The notes under the pieces were generated by a model. It was not told the origin of the DNA. It was given only the letters and a program-made list of their open reading frames with translations, and ran no database searches. 64,000 nucleotides of DNA from Raja brachyura (lineage: Eukaryota), in contig OY740808.1 of NCBI GenBank assembly GCA_963514005.1, positions 13,826,001-13,890,000 on the forward strand. Direction: 5' to 3'. This document shows positions 1 to 13,600 of this stretch, one piece after another (within the stretch, counting starts at the first letter, position 1; the number at the start of each line of letters is the position of its first letter). The position numbers and the translations under genes were made by a program.

Positions 1-328
1 ACTCCTCATATGTTAACCCAGTCATCCCCGGGATCATTCTCATGCACCACTTCAGGACCCTCTCCGACACCAGCACATCCTTCCTCAGATATGCCCATAT
101 ATGTTATTGCCAATTTTGAGCACAATTTCAGATGCATGTTCCAGCTGCAGTTTATGAGGAGTTAGATGAGGGTTTTTCTTGATTTAGTTTTTTGAGAAGG
201 TGAAGAAGCTGATTGTTGATAGGAGTGGATATTGTTTTATGGGCTTTGAAGCATTTGCCAAGGTTCCTCTATGGTAAGCTGGTACAGAAGATTAAGTAAC
301 ATGGGATTCATGGTGAACTAGTAATTGG

Positions 329-912
329 ATGTTAAAATTGTGCAAGGCATTGGTGAGACCAAATCTGGAGTATGGTGTACAATTTTGGTCACCCAATTAT
401 AGGAAGGATGTCAACAAAATAGAGAGGGTACAGAGGAGATTTACTAGAATGTTGCCTGGGTTTCAACAGCTAAGTTACAGAGATAGGTTGAATAAATTAG
501 GTCTTTATTCTCTGGAGCGCAGAAGGTTTAGGGGGGACTTGATAGAGGTCTTTAAAATGATAAGAGGGATAGACAGAGTTGATGTGGACAAGCTTTTCCC
601 TTTGAGAATAGGGAAGATTCAAACAAGAGGACATGACTTTAGAATTAAGGGACAGAGGTTTAGGGGTAACATGAGGGGGAACTTCTTTACTCAGAGAGTG
701 GTAGCGGTGTGGAATGAGCTTCCAGTGGAAGTGGTGGCGGCAGGTTCGTTGGTATCATTTAAAAATAAATTGGATAGGCATATGGATGAGAAGGGTATGG
801 AGGGTTATGGTACGAGTGCAGGCAGGTGGGACTAAGGGAAAAAAGTTGTTCGGCACGGACTTGAAGGGCCGAGATGGCCTGCTTCCGTGCTGTAATTGTT
901 ATATGGTTATAA
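329..912 (+). mobile_element. CR1 LINE 3' end (ORF2 C-terminus and 3' UTR), relatively young, nested in an older CR1 relic (about 190-1240)
   Basis: Uninterrupted ORF LVRPNLEYGVQFWSP...[10 protein letters not shown]...RGDLIEVFK...FFTQRVV..WN.LP, typical of CR1 RT C-terminus. Confidence 0.92.
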
Positions 913-1473
913 AATTGGCTTGGTCATAGAAGACAAAATATTGTAATGAATGGGCGTTTTCTCACTGGAGGTTGGAACCAGTGGTATTTTGCTGTTTATA
1001 ATATATATTAATGGTCTGGATGAAATGCAAGTGGGTTCAAGAGTAAGTTTGTAGATGACATAAAAATTGGTGGATTTGTGGATAATGAAGGATATAGGTC
1101 AGTTGGAAATGGCAGATTGAGTTTAATCCAGACCAGTATGAGACGATGCATCATCTCATGCAAGCAGACTATGCACCAGAAATGGCAGAACCTTGAGAAG
1201 CATTATTACGCAGATGGATCTTGGTGAGCAAGTCCATAGCAGAGAGTATTAATAGTTCTTCACATTACCTGTACTCTTTTGGTTTGTTCAAACATTAAAG
1301 CACCCTGCACCAATCTCACAAAAGAGTTACAGCTAGATTTTCTCCACACCACTCCACCACCCACCAGAATATCAAAGTTTATACCCGTCTATATTTGATT
1401 TTCGATGGCTTGATTGTTAAAAGCCATGAGAGAACTTTAAAGATTGGTTTCTTGTAAAGAATGTTCACAGTAC

Positions 1474-1616
1474 CTGATTCGCCAATTATCGTCAAACAAT
1501 CCCTGCTCCAGTTCTGGAAGCAGGAGCGCGATGGCGGTCTCTGCGTACATGCTGATAATCCGCTGTCCTGCACGTAGAGCAGTGTCACGAACAAATTCAT
1601 TCTCATCTGCCAGAGC
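1474..1616 (-). CDS. GCN1: GCN1 exon 42
   Basis: [47 protein letters not shown](R). Confidence 0.96.
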
Positions 1617-4600
1617 CTGCATGAAGAAATGGGCACGCATTGATAAACTGCACGATTTGCCTCTTACTGCCTTGATAGCATTTTTACAGTGCCCTCTATA
1701 ATGTTGGGGACAAAGACCCATCATTTATTTATTTGCCTCTGCACCACAATAGAAAAAAAATCACATGGGGTTAAAGTGCCCATTGTCAGATTTTATTAAA
1801 GGGTACTAATATACATTTTGGTTGCACCATGTAGAAATTGCAGCTGTGTTTATACATAGTCCCCCAATTTCAGGGCACCAAAATGTTTTGGACACATGGC
1901 TTCACAGCCGTTTGTAATTGCTCAGGTATGTTGCCTCCTTAATGCAGGTATAAGAGAGCTCTCAGCATCTAGTCTTTCCTCCAGTCTTTCCGTCACCTAT
2001 GGAAAGTTTTATTGCTGTTTATCAAAATGAGGACCACAGTTGTACCAATTAAAGTCAAAGAAGCCATTATGAGACTGAGGAACAAGAATAAAACTGTTAG
2101 AGACATCAGCCAAACCTTAGGTTTACCAAAATCAACTGTTTGGAACATTAAGAAGAAAGAGAGCACTGGTGAGCTTACTAATCGCAAAGGGACTGGCAGG
2201 CCAAGGAAGACCCCCACAGCTGATGACAGAATAATTCTCTCTATAATAAAGAAAACCCCCCAAACACCTGTCCGACAGATCAGAAACGGAGTCAGGTGTG
2301 GATTTGTCAATGACCACTGTCCGCAAAATACGCAATGAACAGAAATACAGAGGCTACACTGCAAGATGCAAACACTGGTTGGCCGCAAAAATAGTATGAA
2401 CGCGTTACAGTTTGCCAAGAAGTACTTAAACGGGCAACCACAGTTCTGAAAAATGATCTTGCGAACAGATGAGACGAAGATTAACTTATATCAGAGTGAT
2501 GGCAAGAGTAAAGTATGGAGGAGAGAACGAACTGCCCAAGATCCAAAGCATACCACCTCATCTGTGAAACACGGTGGTGGGGGTGTTATGGCCTGCGCAT
2601 GTATAGCTGCTGAAGGTACTGGCTCACTTATCTTCATTGATGATACAATTGTTGATGGTAGTAGCATAATGAATTCTGAAGTGTATAGACACATCCTATC
2701 TGCTCATGTTCAAACAAATTGGCCAGCGGTTCATTCTACAGCTAGACAATAACCACAAACATACTGCTAAAGCAACAAAGGAATTTTTCAAAGCTAAAAA
2801 GTGGTCAATTCTTGAGTGGCCAAGTTTATCACCCGATCTGAACCGAATTGAGCATGCCTTTTATATGCTAAAGAGAAAACTGAAGGGGACTGGCCCCCAA
2901 AACAAGCATAAGCTAAAGATGGCTGCAATACAGGCCTGGCAGAGCATTCCCAGAGAAGACACCCAGCAACTGGTGATGTCCATGAACCACACACTTCAAG
3001 CAGTCATTGCATGCAAAGGATATGCAACAAAATACTAAACATGACTACTTTCATTTCCATGACATTGCTGTGTCCCAAACATTATGGTGCCCTGAAATTG
3101 GGGGGAGGGGGGCTAGGTATAAACACTGCAGTAATTTCTACATGGTGAAGCCAAAATGTATAAAAACAGCTTTTATTAAAATGTGACAATGTGCACTTTA
3201 ACCACATGTGATTTTATTTCTATTACAAATCTTAAATTGCAGAGTACATAGGCAAATAAATAAATGATGGGTCTTTGTTCCAAACATTATGGAGGGCACT
3301 GTATATGGAGAGATTGGACAAACTTAGATTGCTTTCTTTGGAGCGTCATTGGCTGAAGGGGGGGGGGGGGGGGTGACCTGACAGAAATATATAGAATTAT
3401 GATAGACATGGATAGGGGAGATGGCACGACAGGTGGGTGCCTGGAATACGCTACCAGGGGTAGTGATGGAAGCAATGATTAAGAGACATGAATAGGCAGG
3501 TAATACAGGGATATGGACTATGTGCAGGCAAATGGGATGTTCGATTGGCATAGCCAGGGCACACATAGTGGGCTGAAGGACCTGTTCCTGTACACAGGTT
3601 CACCCAAACATCAGGTTTCTCCATAAGTATGATACACTTATGCAAATAGATTTTTAAAACATTGCAAGCTCACTGAAGCTGACAATATCCTACTCCATTA
3701 AAATCAAAGTTGAAAATTCATCTTAAGAATGACCTCAATCATAACACTTTCATGGATGAATACACCATAAATCTTCCACATATGCAGTCTGTCAAATCTT
3801 TAACTACTTTCACATTAACAGCAAGGGGTGGCATTAGAAAGTAGCAATTACGCATCACTTGATATTCATGTGGCCTCTCTGTGCGAGGAGAAAGGCAAAA
3901 TGCATTAATGCTCAAGGTAGACAAAAAAGCTGGAGAAACTCAGCGGGTGAAAAGCTCAAGGTGTTTTATTGTTGTGATGTTTGGCATATCTTATGTGGAG
4001 GGACTGGTAATGCTCACAGTGTTATTGAAGGATAGCCATGGAGACGTTGATGCAGCTGTTGGGACGAGTCATTGCCCATTCTTCTCAGCATTTGAAAGAG
4101 TCTAATGAATAGGTTTTCCTGAATTTTAACTGTGATGTACTATGCTTGAATACAATTTATTGTTGAGAAGGAATTGCTGCACTTAAAAAGATTCTGAGAG
4201 TGAGAGATAAAAATTTCAGACTACGAAAGTGTGAGGAAATCACTGGCCTTTTACCTTCAGAATGCAAGGTATAATGGCTCCAACATATGCAGTAAATTTG
4301 TCGCCAAACGTCACGGGTAGGTAGATGAACATCATCATGTAACCGTCACGGACATGTGGGGCAATCTCCACTTTGCTGGCCGTGGCTACGATGTCCGGCA
4401 TGAGTTTTTCCAACTTTTCAACTCCAAGTCCAGCCATCACCTCAGCCAAGCCTGAAACACAGAAAAGAGGCATTTTCTCTTTGACGGTATAAAGGAGATG
4501 TACATGGTGACAATTTTAAATCAGTAGTTGCAAAGATGGTCGTAGAATTGTCAAAGATACCATAAAAGTACCCTAATTAAATGAGGAATGTCAAATGTAC

Positions 4601-7600
4601 ACATCCATTCTTTGGTATGGCATTCCTTGCTCAATGCACTCTAGATAAACCCACACATGACTGCAACATCAAATTGCTAGACTGGTCCTCGGAAATTATG
4701 TAGATAGGAATTTTCACCACAGTTCATTTTACATGCATTATTAGTTCTAATATTACAACTCCGCTTTCTTTATTAAGGTAACTATGAATCACCGACTCGC
4801 AAGACTTTGTGAAAGTTTGTTGATTTGTAATGTCAACGGGAGATGTGCAAAGTCCAGACAACATCTTAGCTCATCACATTTCTGAATCAACAATTATTTA
4901 GCAATGCTCTTTGAACCTACAGCAGATCGAATGTGCAGGAGCTATAGTCTAGATTCTAGAACACGCAGGAGCTATAGTCTAGATTCTAGAACACGCAGGA
5001 GCTATAGTCTAGATTCTAGAACACGCAGGAGCTATAGTCTAGATTCTAGAACACGCAGGAGCTATAGTCTAGATTCTAGAACACGCAGGAGCTATAGTCT
5101 AGATTCTAGAACACATGAAGCGGTTATGAAATTGAGAGGTAATAGCTCACCCATGTCTCTGTTACCACTAGACTTGATTATTTCAATGCATTCCTGGCCT
5201 AATTTTAGACTTCAAAACTGGGAGGCAAATCAAGAATTCTGGCACCAACTTCTATTCAATCCAATGTGCTAACTGACATCTAATGATTTCTGGTTAGGAT
5301 TATTTCTCATTCTTGTTTCTCATTCTCACCACAGATGCTGCCTGGCCTGCTAAGTTTAGTTTAGAGAAACAGCGTGGAACAGGCCCTTCGGCCCACCGAG
5401 TCCATGCACACCAGCAATCCGCATACACTACCATTAACCTACACACTAGGGACATTTTACAATCTTTAACTTACAAACCTGTACATCCTTGAAGTGTGGG
5501 AGGAAACCGGAGCACCCGGGGAAAACCCATGTGGTTACGGAGAGAAGGTACAAACTTCGTACAGAAAACACCCGTAGTCAGGAATAAACCCAGGTCTCTA
5601 GTGCTGTAAGGCAGCAACTTCTGTTTTTATGTTTATAGAAACTTTCTCTTACTGAAGTCCCGATCTCACCTTGTGCAGCACCAGATCGATCAACCGAGCT
5701 CTGCTCTGATGCAAGCATTTCCATGAGCCAAGGCAGCAGGTTATCAAAGCAGGACTCGCCCATTCCCTTCACCATGGCTCCCAGAGCTTTTGCAGACACG
5801 GTACGAACCTGGTATTTGACAAAAGGACAAGTCATTGAATGAACAAGATCAGGCTGAAAAGCAAAACTTCCACACTCATGCCTTACAACACAGAATTCAA
5901 AGATTGAAGACAGTATCAGGTTCCATAATAGATTCGAATTTTGGTTCATTAACAGCACGGGTTAACCAGGGAGAGCTGCATCAACTCTTACGATTTAGGT
6001 ACTAAACCAGAACATTGATTAATTCTTAGTTCGAGCAATCATATGCCACAATGCATTTACTAAACTTGGCCAAATTCTCAATCATCAATGCATCTACTCA
6101 TCAGCTATTTCACATATTGTCATATTTTGCCAAGATATTGAAGGCAGCTGTTTGGCCAATCTAGCCGAACCCACCTCTCAGACAATCAGTCCTCATCCCC
6201 ATTTATTTAACTTTAGCCTTCAGGGAGTAATTTAAAGTGGCCAATTAACCTACCAGCATGTTTTTGGATTACAGGAAGAGACCCATAAGAAATCCACTGT
6301 CGTAGGGAGACTGCAAAGTCCACACAAAAAACATCCAAAGGTCGGATCAAACCTGGGTGATTGTGTGGCAGCAGCACAGCGATCACTGTGTTTAACAAGC
6401 AATTACCATTTTGGCTCCAGGTAATCACAATGATACCAACTGGGGAGAGCAAAGACTTACCTCTGGAACAGGGTCCAGCAGAGAAAGCTTCAATCCGGGC
6501 ATCACACTGGGCAGGTACGGTGCAAGATCCTGCAACCATGCCAATGGAAAATAATTAACAAGTCTGGTTTGATAACAACATTCAACTCATTAAGAAAAGA
6601 AAATGTTGAAATATACAGCAGTTCCAAAACATTACAACTCGCCAGCTGCTGCTTTACGGGCTCTTCCAGCATTTTCTAGTGCACAATTGCAATATCACAA
6701 TATTTTGTAATCTTACACTAGCTCGTCACAGTTAACTAAACACCTTACACTGTTTTGGTTAATTAGATTTGGAGCTGCACTGTGGATAAGGGGTAACCAG
6801 TGACGACCAGACTCAGACAGATTTCCAAAAAGCATTTCATAAAGTGCCACATCAGGTATTATTGTGAAAGGTTTACAGCAGTGTATTGGCATGGAAGGAA
6901 GAATAAATGGCTAATGCAAAGCAGAGAGTAGACATGAATGGGTGTTTTCTGGTTGGCCAGGTACAATAAGTGGTCTTGCACAGGAATTGGTGCTGGGACG
7001 TCAAGGTTTTTATTATAATTTAGATAAATGACGGATGAATTCACTGAAGGTCTGGTTGCTAAATTTACTTGTATCACAAGACAGAAGTCAAGCTGCGAAG
7101 AGGACGTATGGAGCAGATAGGTTTAAGTGGGCAACGATTGAGCAATAGGAATATCATGTAGGAAACTGAAAGAGCTTTTGGCAGGAAAAATAAAACTAAA
7201 ATAAAATAATGTGATTTAATTTACGGTTCATATGCAGGTACAGTTTATTGCAAAGAGAATTGAATACAAAACTAGAGATTATCTAGGCATTGGCAAAGCC
7301 ACAGCTGGAGTACGCTGCACAGTATTGGTCTATTTCAGGAAAGAGGTAAACATATTGGAATCAGTTCAGAGATGGTTTAGCTAGCAGAATGATATGTTGA
7401 ACCGTTCGGTTGTCTTCTAAGTGAAGACTGATTAGACTAGATGTACCTACTGGGGTTTTGGAGAGCAAGATGGGATTTAATTGAAACAGATTTTGACAGT
7501 TTTGCAGGGCAGAATATGGAGAGAATGTTTCCACTTGTGGGAAGATCTGGAAATAATTGTCCATTTCCAAGTAAGAGGGTGCCCGTATTAGTTATGAGAT

Positions 7601-10600
7601 TAAATGTTTTCTCTGTGTAACAAGCCTTTGGAATTATTTTCCTCAAAGGGTTGAGGGTGCATAGTCACTGAATATTTTACAGGCAGGGTAAACATAGAAA
7701 CATAGAAACATAGAAAATAGGTGCAGGAGTAGGCCATTCGGCCCTTCGAGCCTGCACCGCCATTCAATGTGATCATGGCTGATCATCCAACTCAGTATCC
7801 CGTACCTGCCTTCTCTCCATACCCCCTGATCCCTTTAGCCACAAGTGCCACATCTAACGCCCTCTTAAATATAGCCAATGAACTGGCCTCAACTACCTTC
7901 TGTGGCAGAGAATTCCAGAGACTCACCACTCTCTGTGTAAAGAATGTTTTCCTCATTTCGGTCCTAAAGGAATTCCCCCTTATCCTTAGATAGATTGTTG
8001 ACAATAAAGGGGTGGAAGTATTCCGCAGGATCACAAAGTTGATGTTACAATCAGATCAGCCATGATTTTATTAATTGGCAGAGCAGGCTATAAGAACTGT
8101 GACCTACTCCTGCTCCTAATTCTTATGTTTGTATGCCGAAAATAATGGTCACAGAGATATGGGCAATATTTGCTAACATCAAATTCTTATTAACAACGTT
8201 AGAAAGGATGAAGGTCTTATCTGCAACATTGCAAGCATTACCTTCTGGTCTGTAAGAGAGTACATGTTTCCAATGATCTGAGCTGCCATCTTACGGGTAT
8301 CTGTGGATCGATCCTGGAATGCTCTCTGCACAATTGGCATGATCAGGGCCAGAGATGGAGCATCGATAAAGTGGACAAACTTAGTATCCAGCAGAGTCTG
8401 AAGGCACAACTGTGTCCTCCTGGATGGATCTGTCAGGGCATCCAGTAGAACTGGGGTAATTGCTAGTTAATAAAAACACAAAGCATTAGTTTAATTATTT
8501 GCATCCACATTTAATAAAATGAAAAAGAAACCACAAAACTATTCTTCCCTTAATTCACTGCTCTAAATCAATGCATTTAATACTCGGGTATTGGCTACAA
8601 ACACAAATTCATCAACATTTAATAAACCCCACAAGAAAGTTTAGAATTAAACATAAGTTTGGCCTAAACACCTTTAAAGTACACATTCACTTACCCAGGA
8701 CCAGTTCATTCAAGTTCACTATTACAGACCAAGCACCAGAAAATCCCACCAGGACATGGTACTGAGCACTGCTGCAGTGTAACCAAATAAAATTGTGAAC
8801 TTAGAGCTGCATCCATTACTTGATGCGCTCGATTTACCTTGCTCAAAGGAGCTTTTGCCTGCAGTGCTACCTGCAGCTGTTTATTCTGCAACAAACATGG
8901 ATCACTCACAGGTTTGATCAGTGAGCCACATGTCAATAATAATTAACTACAAAATGAAGAGAAGTTTGGTTCATATACTGGATTATCTATCTTCTCAAGG
9001 AAGGCTTATTGCTTAAGGACCTGACCTGTGTCGGGCATTTATTTTTGAGATTTACCTCCTTGTGATGCCAGCCTGCCTGGAAAATTGGACCTTCCCAAGG
9101 TGGAATCTTGGGAACATCTCTACAATTTGATTCTATTGTCTAAATAAATCCACTTCATGACAGTGCATTGGGAAAGCATGCAGGGAAGAACGGAAGAACG
9201 GTTAATTTGAAGGGGTTTTATATGGAGTCTTGTAAAGGACGAATAGCAATTGCTGTCCAAAAGCTGCAACTCACCTAAGATTTCTGGGTTCCTGATAACA
9301 GAGCCAATCTGCCGTAAAGCCTGCTGTCCCGCCTTCTGCACCTTCACATGGGAATCCGTCAGGACCTCGGTCAGCTTGGGGACAATGCTCGGCAGACAGG
9401 ACGACAGCTGCTTAGGAGCACAGTATGCCATGGCACCCAGCAATTCAACTGAACCTAAAGTTACAATATGGACATCAGTTCAAGGATTCATCCAGGGCAC
9501 AGATAAAAACCACAGACTCGGCTACAAGCAAATTCTATGCATCATTTTCCTGCATTTCATTTAACTTGAAAAATAACAGAGAAATCACAAAGAACAACAT
9601 TTAATACACTAAGTTAACTTTGGGTAAATTTTGAGTAGCTGGGTTACAAATACATTCATCGGTACAGAACAGAATATATTTACATGCTGGCTGACGTCTC
9701 ATTTCTACCTGGTATGATCATAAGTAGCAGTACTTTCTACATGTAATTTAGATGTGCATCAGTTGAGTGTGAGCAAAATCTTTATGGAGTCATCCTTGTG
9801 CAGGATGGGAAAGGAATGATGTATGCATGTATGTGGCTCAGCTTTCTGGGACTTGATGGAATACTCCTTTTCCCTGTAACTTTACAAGGGAAATAAAAAA
9901 TAAAATTTATCGCGGGGAGGGTTCCTGACTGGAAACGTTAAAGAATGGATCGACAGAGCTGATATTCACTGGAATTTAGACGGATGACAGGAGATCTTAT
10001 AGATACATACAAAATTCTTCAGGGATTGGACAGGCTAGATGCAGGAAAAATGTTCCTGATGTTGGAGTCCAGAACCAGGGGTCAGAGTTTAAGAATAAGG
10101 GGCAGGCCATGTAGGACTGAGATGAGGAAAAACCTTTGCATCCAGAAAGTTGTGAATCTGTGGTATTTTCTGCCACAGAAGGCAGTGGAGGCCAATTCAC
10201 TGGATGTTTTCAAGACAGATATAGTTCTTCGGGCTAATGGAATCAACGGATATGGGGTGAAAGCAGGAATGGGATACTGATTTTGGATGACCAGCCAGAT
10301 CATAATGAATGGCGGTGCTGGCTCAAAGGGCCGAATGGCCAACTCCTGCACCTATTTTCTATATTAACTGGTTCTGCTTTCCACCAGATGCTGCTTGACT
10401 GTCAGAGTTCTTACAGCATTTTTTCATTTGTTTCAGATTTCAGCATCTGCAGTTCCCCCCCCCCCCCCCCCAAAAAAAAATTACCCTTGCACTCCATTTT
10501 TTCCTCACTCCCTTACCCACTGATGGCAACTTCCCACATGATGTCAGGTTAAAATTGAGTGATATTTTTAGTCAGTATCCCAGTGATATCCCAATGGTGC

Positions 10601-13600
10601 CACTGAATCCAGGGGTGTGAGAGAGGGGTATGAGAAGAAAGCCTTCTGGGTGTCTTTAAAGTTGGAAAGTGAGAGATCCAAAGCAGTTGAGCGAAGTGGA
10701 CCTGGTTTTACCTGCCCAGCTCCTGTCAGATGGACGAAGTTAAAACCATCATTTGACGATACCTGCTTTAGTTCTCCAGGATTCCTCCTCCAGGGCAACA
10801 AGCAGCGATGGCAGCACAAGCTTCACACCATGTGCACTCAGATTCCGCATCACTGCCTTTGCAGTATCATCAGATGCCTGTGAGGAAGACAAGTTGCAGG
10901 TACTGGTGTTACGTACGCTTCAGAACGATCGCGAGAAGTTAACAACAGACCAGAGTTTATATTATTAATCTAATCCCGCAAGAAAATAGTACCAATACTG
11001 TTTATCTGGACCCTTTACAGGTAACAGGAGGAGACCACTTAATGTCCAGGCCACACACACAAAAATAAAAAAAAGACAAGGTACGGTAAAAGGCTAGTTA
11101 CAAGCAAAAGATCCACTGACCTCTCGGACATACTGGTTGCCATCACCAAAACACAACAGCAAGTGAGGAAGCACGTGCACCACATATGGCTCAAAGAGTT
11201 TCCCCAACATATTGCACAACATCTCAAAAGCAAACAGAGCACCTACGAAGAAATGCAACAAAAAGTAAATGGTGTTACTGAGGCTCAGGGGAATACCTGC
11301 ACTACACAACGTCCAAGGAAAATAGGACATTCCCAGACACTATTAGTAAAATGCTGTTGGGCCAAATGAGTGTTTACCTTTTGTTTGGAGTTATTCAAAA
11401 AAATCAACATTTGAATTGTGTGTCAACATTAATTCAATCATATATATTGTGCTACATCATAGTGCTCCAATTGCAAACAATAACATTATTTCTGTGGCAC
11501 TGATCAGTGCTTAAACAGCACACCAGGGCAAGATGATGTAGGCAATGAAATTGATACATGGGAGGTAGACCCTGTGCCTCATTTTGTTGTGTTGCTATCA
11601 GCTCTGAGCAAGCCTGCATGCCATCCTTTTCCAGTATTCTAATATTCTCGTGATGATCCCTTCAACTTTGATCACATCAGTTTCCTCAGGAATTCCACAT
11701 TCTAATAACTTCTGTGCAAAGATTCTAAGCTTACCTTTTTGGCTTCTAGGGGCTGATTCTACGAATAGGCCCCAATGATACAAAATTACCAGATACTGCA
11801 AGAAATCTTTCATTACCTGTCCCAAAGTACCTTCACAATTCCATACATTTTTGTTCAATGAGTTTTCCTTAAACCTTCTCTATTGTATTAAATGACAGTC
11901 TTTGGTCAACGGAGCCACAGTAAATGATGCAAGACAACAGGAAATGATGCAATCAATAAATAAATACAAATGTGAAAAGTTTTAAAATTGGTGGATCATG
12001 TGCAGAGATTACAATACAGAGAAAGCAAATCTGAATTTACCCCACAGGGCTGAATTAAATAAAACGATACCTTAACATTCACTTTGAAAGCTTACAGGCA
12101 AATTCAAAAAATGAAACGTTTGACGTTGGTAACACTGGAACAGCTGTTCAACAGCTGACCTTTAAAAGCGAGAACTAAGGAAAAGCAATGATCACTTTAC
12201 AGTGCATTGTCACTGCTGTTGACAATGGTGTTTAGAAGATCATGCAGACATTAAATCAGCTAAAATAACATTTGGAGCTATCCCATTTGCAAAATAGTTT
12301 GACACTGTGGGTGGTATTCCAACCATCACATCAACTGTTGTCATTCAGCGTGGATTTCTCAGGTTTAAATTTAGTAATAAGCAGCTGCTCATCTCACCTT
12401 CCCTTCTCCGGAAGTTCTTCTTGTCCTGAATAGCATCTGTCAATGTCACCATTATTTCCTGCTGCTTCAGGGCGAGAATCCCCAATCCTTTTACCAGTCC
12501 AGCCAGACCATACGCTGCTCCTTTCCGCTCAGCGTATTTATCCGACTCCAGTAATAGCTGCAGCAATTTCTGAACCATGCCAGCGGCATCATCTCTAATG
12601 GCAGGCACCAGTGGAGGCAGGCAGCTAGCTACCGACTCCTGAACCTACAAAAGCAAACACGTTTACTTCAGCAGGGAACAAATGACAGGAAACAGGGCCC
12701 ACAGTCGTAGACACCGTCTAATCTTGAGTAGATTTAGATTGATATACAAGACAGTTAGGCCCAAATGTTCGACATCAGAGGATTACATTGGTATCTATAA
12801 CTTAATTTCCAATTCTAAAGCTTTGAAGCAAAGAAAGAATGAATCTATGTACTAAGCTCCTGATGTGCTCAGCAAAGTGCTAAGCAATCCATTAAAGTTA
12901 CTTTTTGAAGTGTGGTCACGGCTGCAAAAGCGGATACTTGACAGTCTTGCAGTCAGAGAAAGAGACAACACAGAAACAGTGCCCCAATCGCCCTGAGTCG
13001 ACGTTGATCATTAATCATCCATTTCCACAACTCACAATTTGTAATTCCTCATTCTCAACTCCCCCCATCTTCTTAATTTTACCACGCACCAATATTCCAG
13101 GGGCAATTAACAGTAAACAATTAACCCACCTTTACACAAGAGTTGGGATATGGGACGAAACCAGAGCACCAGGAGGAAATCCATGTGTCACATGCAAACT
13201 CCATGTGACAGAACCCTAGGTCGGGATTAAACCAACGTCCCTGGTGCTGCACCACCCTATTTTGCAGACATCAAACATCCAAAAACTGCAGAGTGACGAT
13301 GACTAAAATATATTTCATTATTTCAGGAGAGGTAAATTTAATACAGAGGAGAATCCTGATCATCTTCGGGTATTGACACAAGGTATTTTACAGTCTCCTG
13401 AGACAGCACAGTCTCTAACCTCTCATCTGAAAGTCAGTGTGTTGGATGGGACAGCAGTCGTCCTGTACTGCTTTGTAGTGCCCGCCTAAACCTGATGACG
13501 CAGTGCACAGAGTTGGAACAGGATTCTCAAGTGAGCTACCAATGAGCCAAGGACTGGAGTACATTAGTACAATACCTGTTGGGATGGCGTTGAGAGTGCA

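Noticed and set aside
4935-5114. CRISPR-like array (30-bp repeats with internal palindrome)
   Set aside because: The repeats abut with no spacers, there are no cas genes, and the context is a vertebrate intron. It is a minisatellite.
4904-5272. 122-aa ORF with ([10 protein letters not shown])n repeats resembling an SR protein
   Set aside because: It is an artefact of a stop-free 30-bp tandem repeat, with no splice or gene context.
5560-5620. tRNA genes
   Set aside because: Only degenerate tRNA-derived SINE heads are present; no cloverleaf.
10752-10762. U12-type intron donor after exon 36 (GTATC...)
   Set aside because: The sequence is GTATCGTC, not GTATCCTT, and I saw no U12 branch site. 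All 41 complete introns read as GT-AG.
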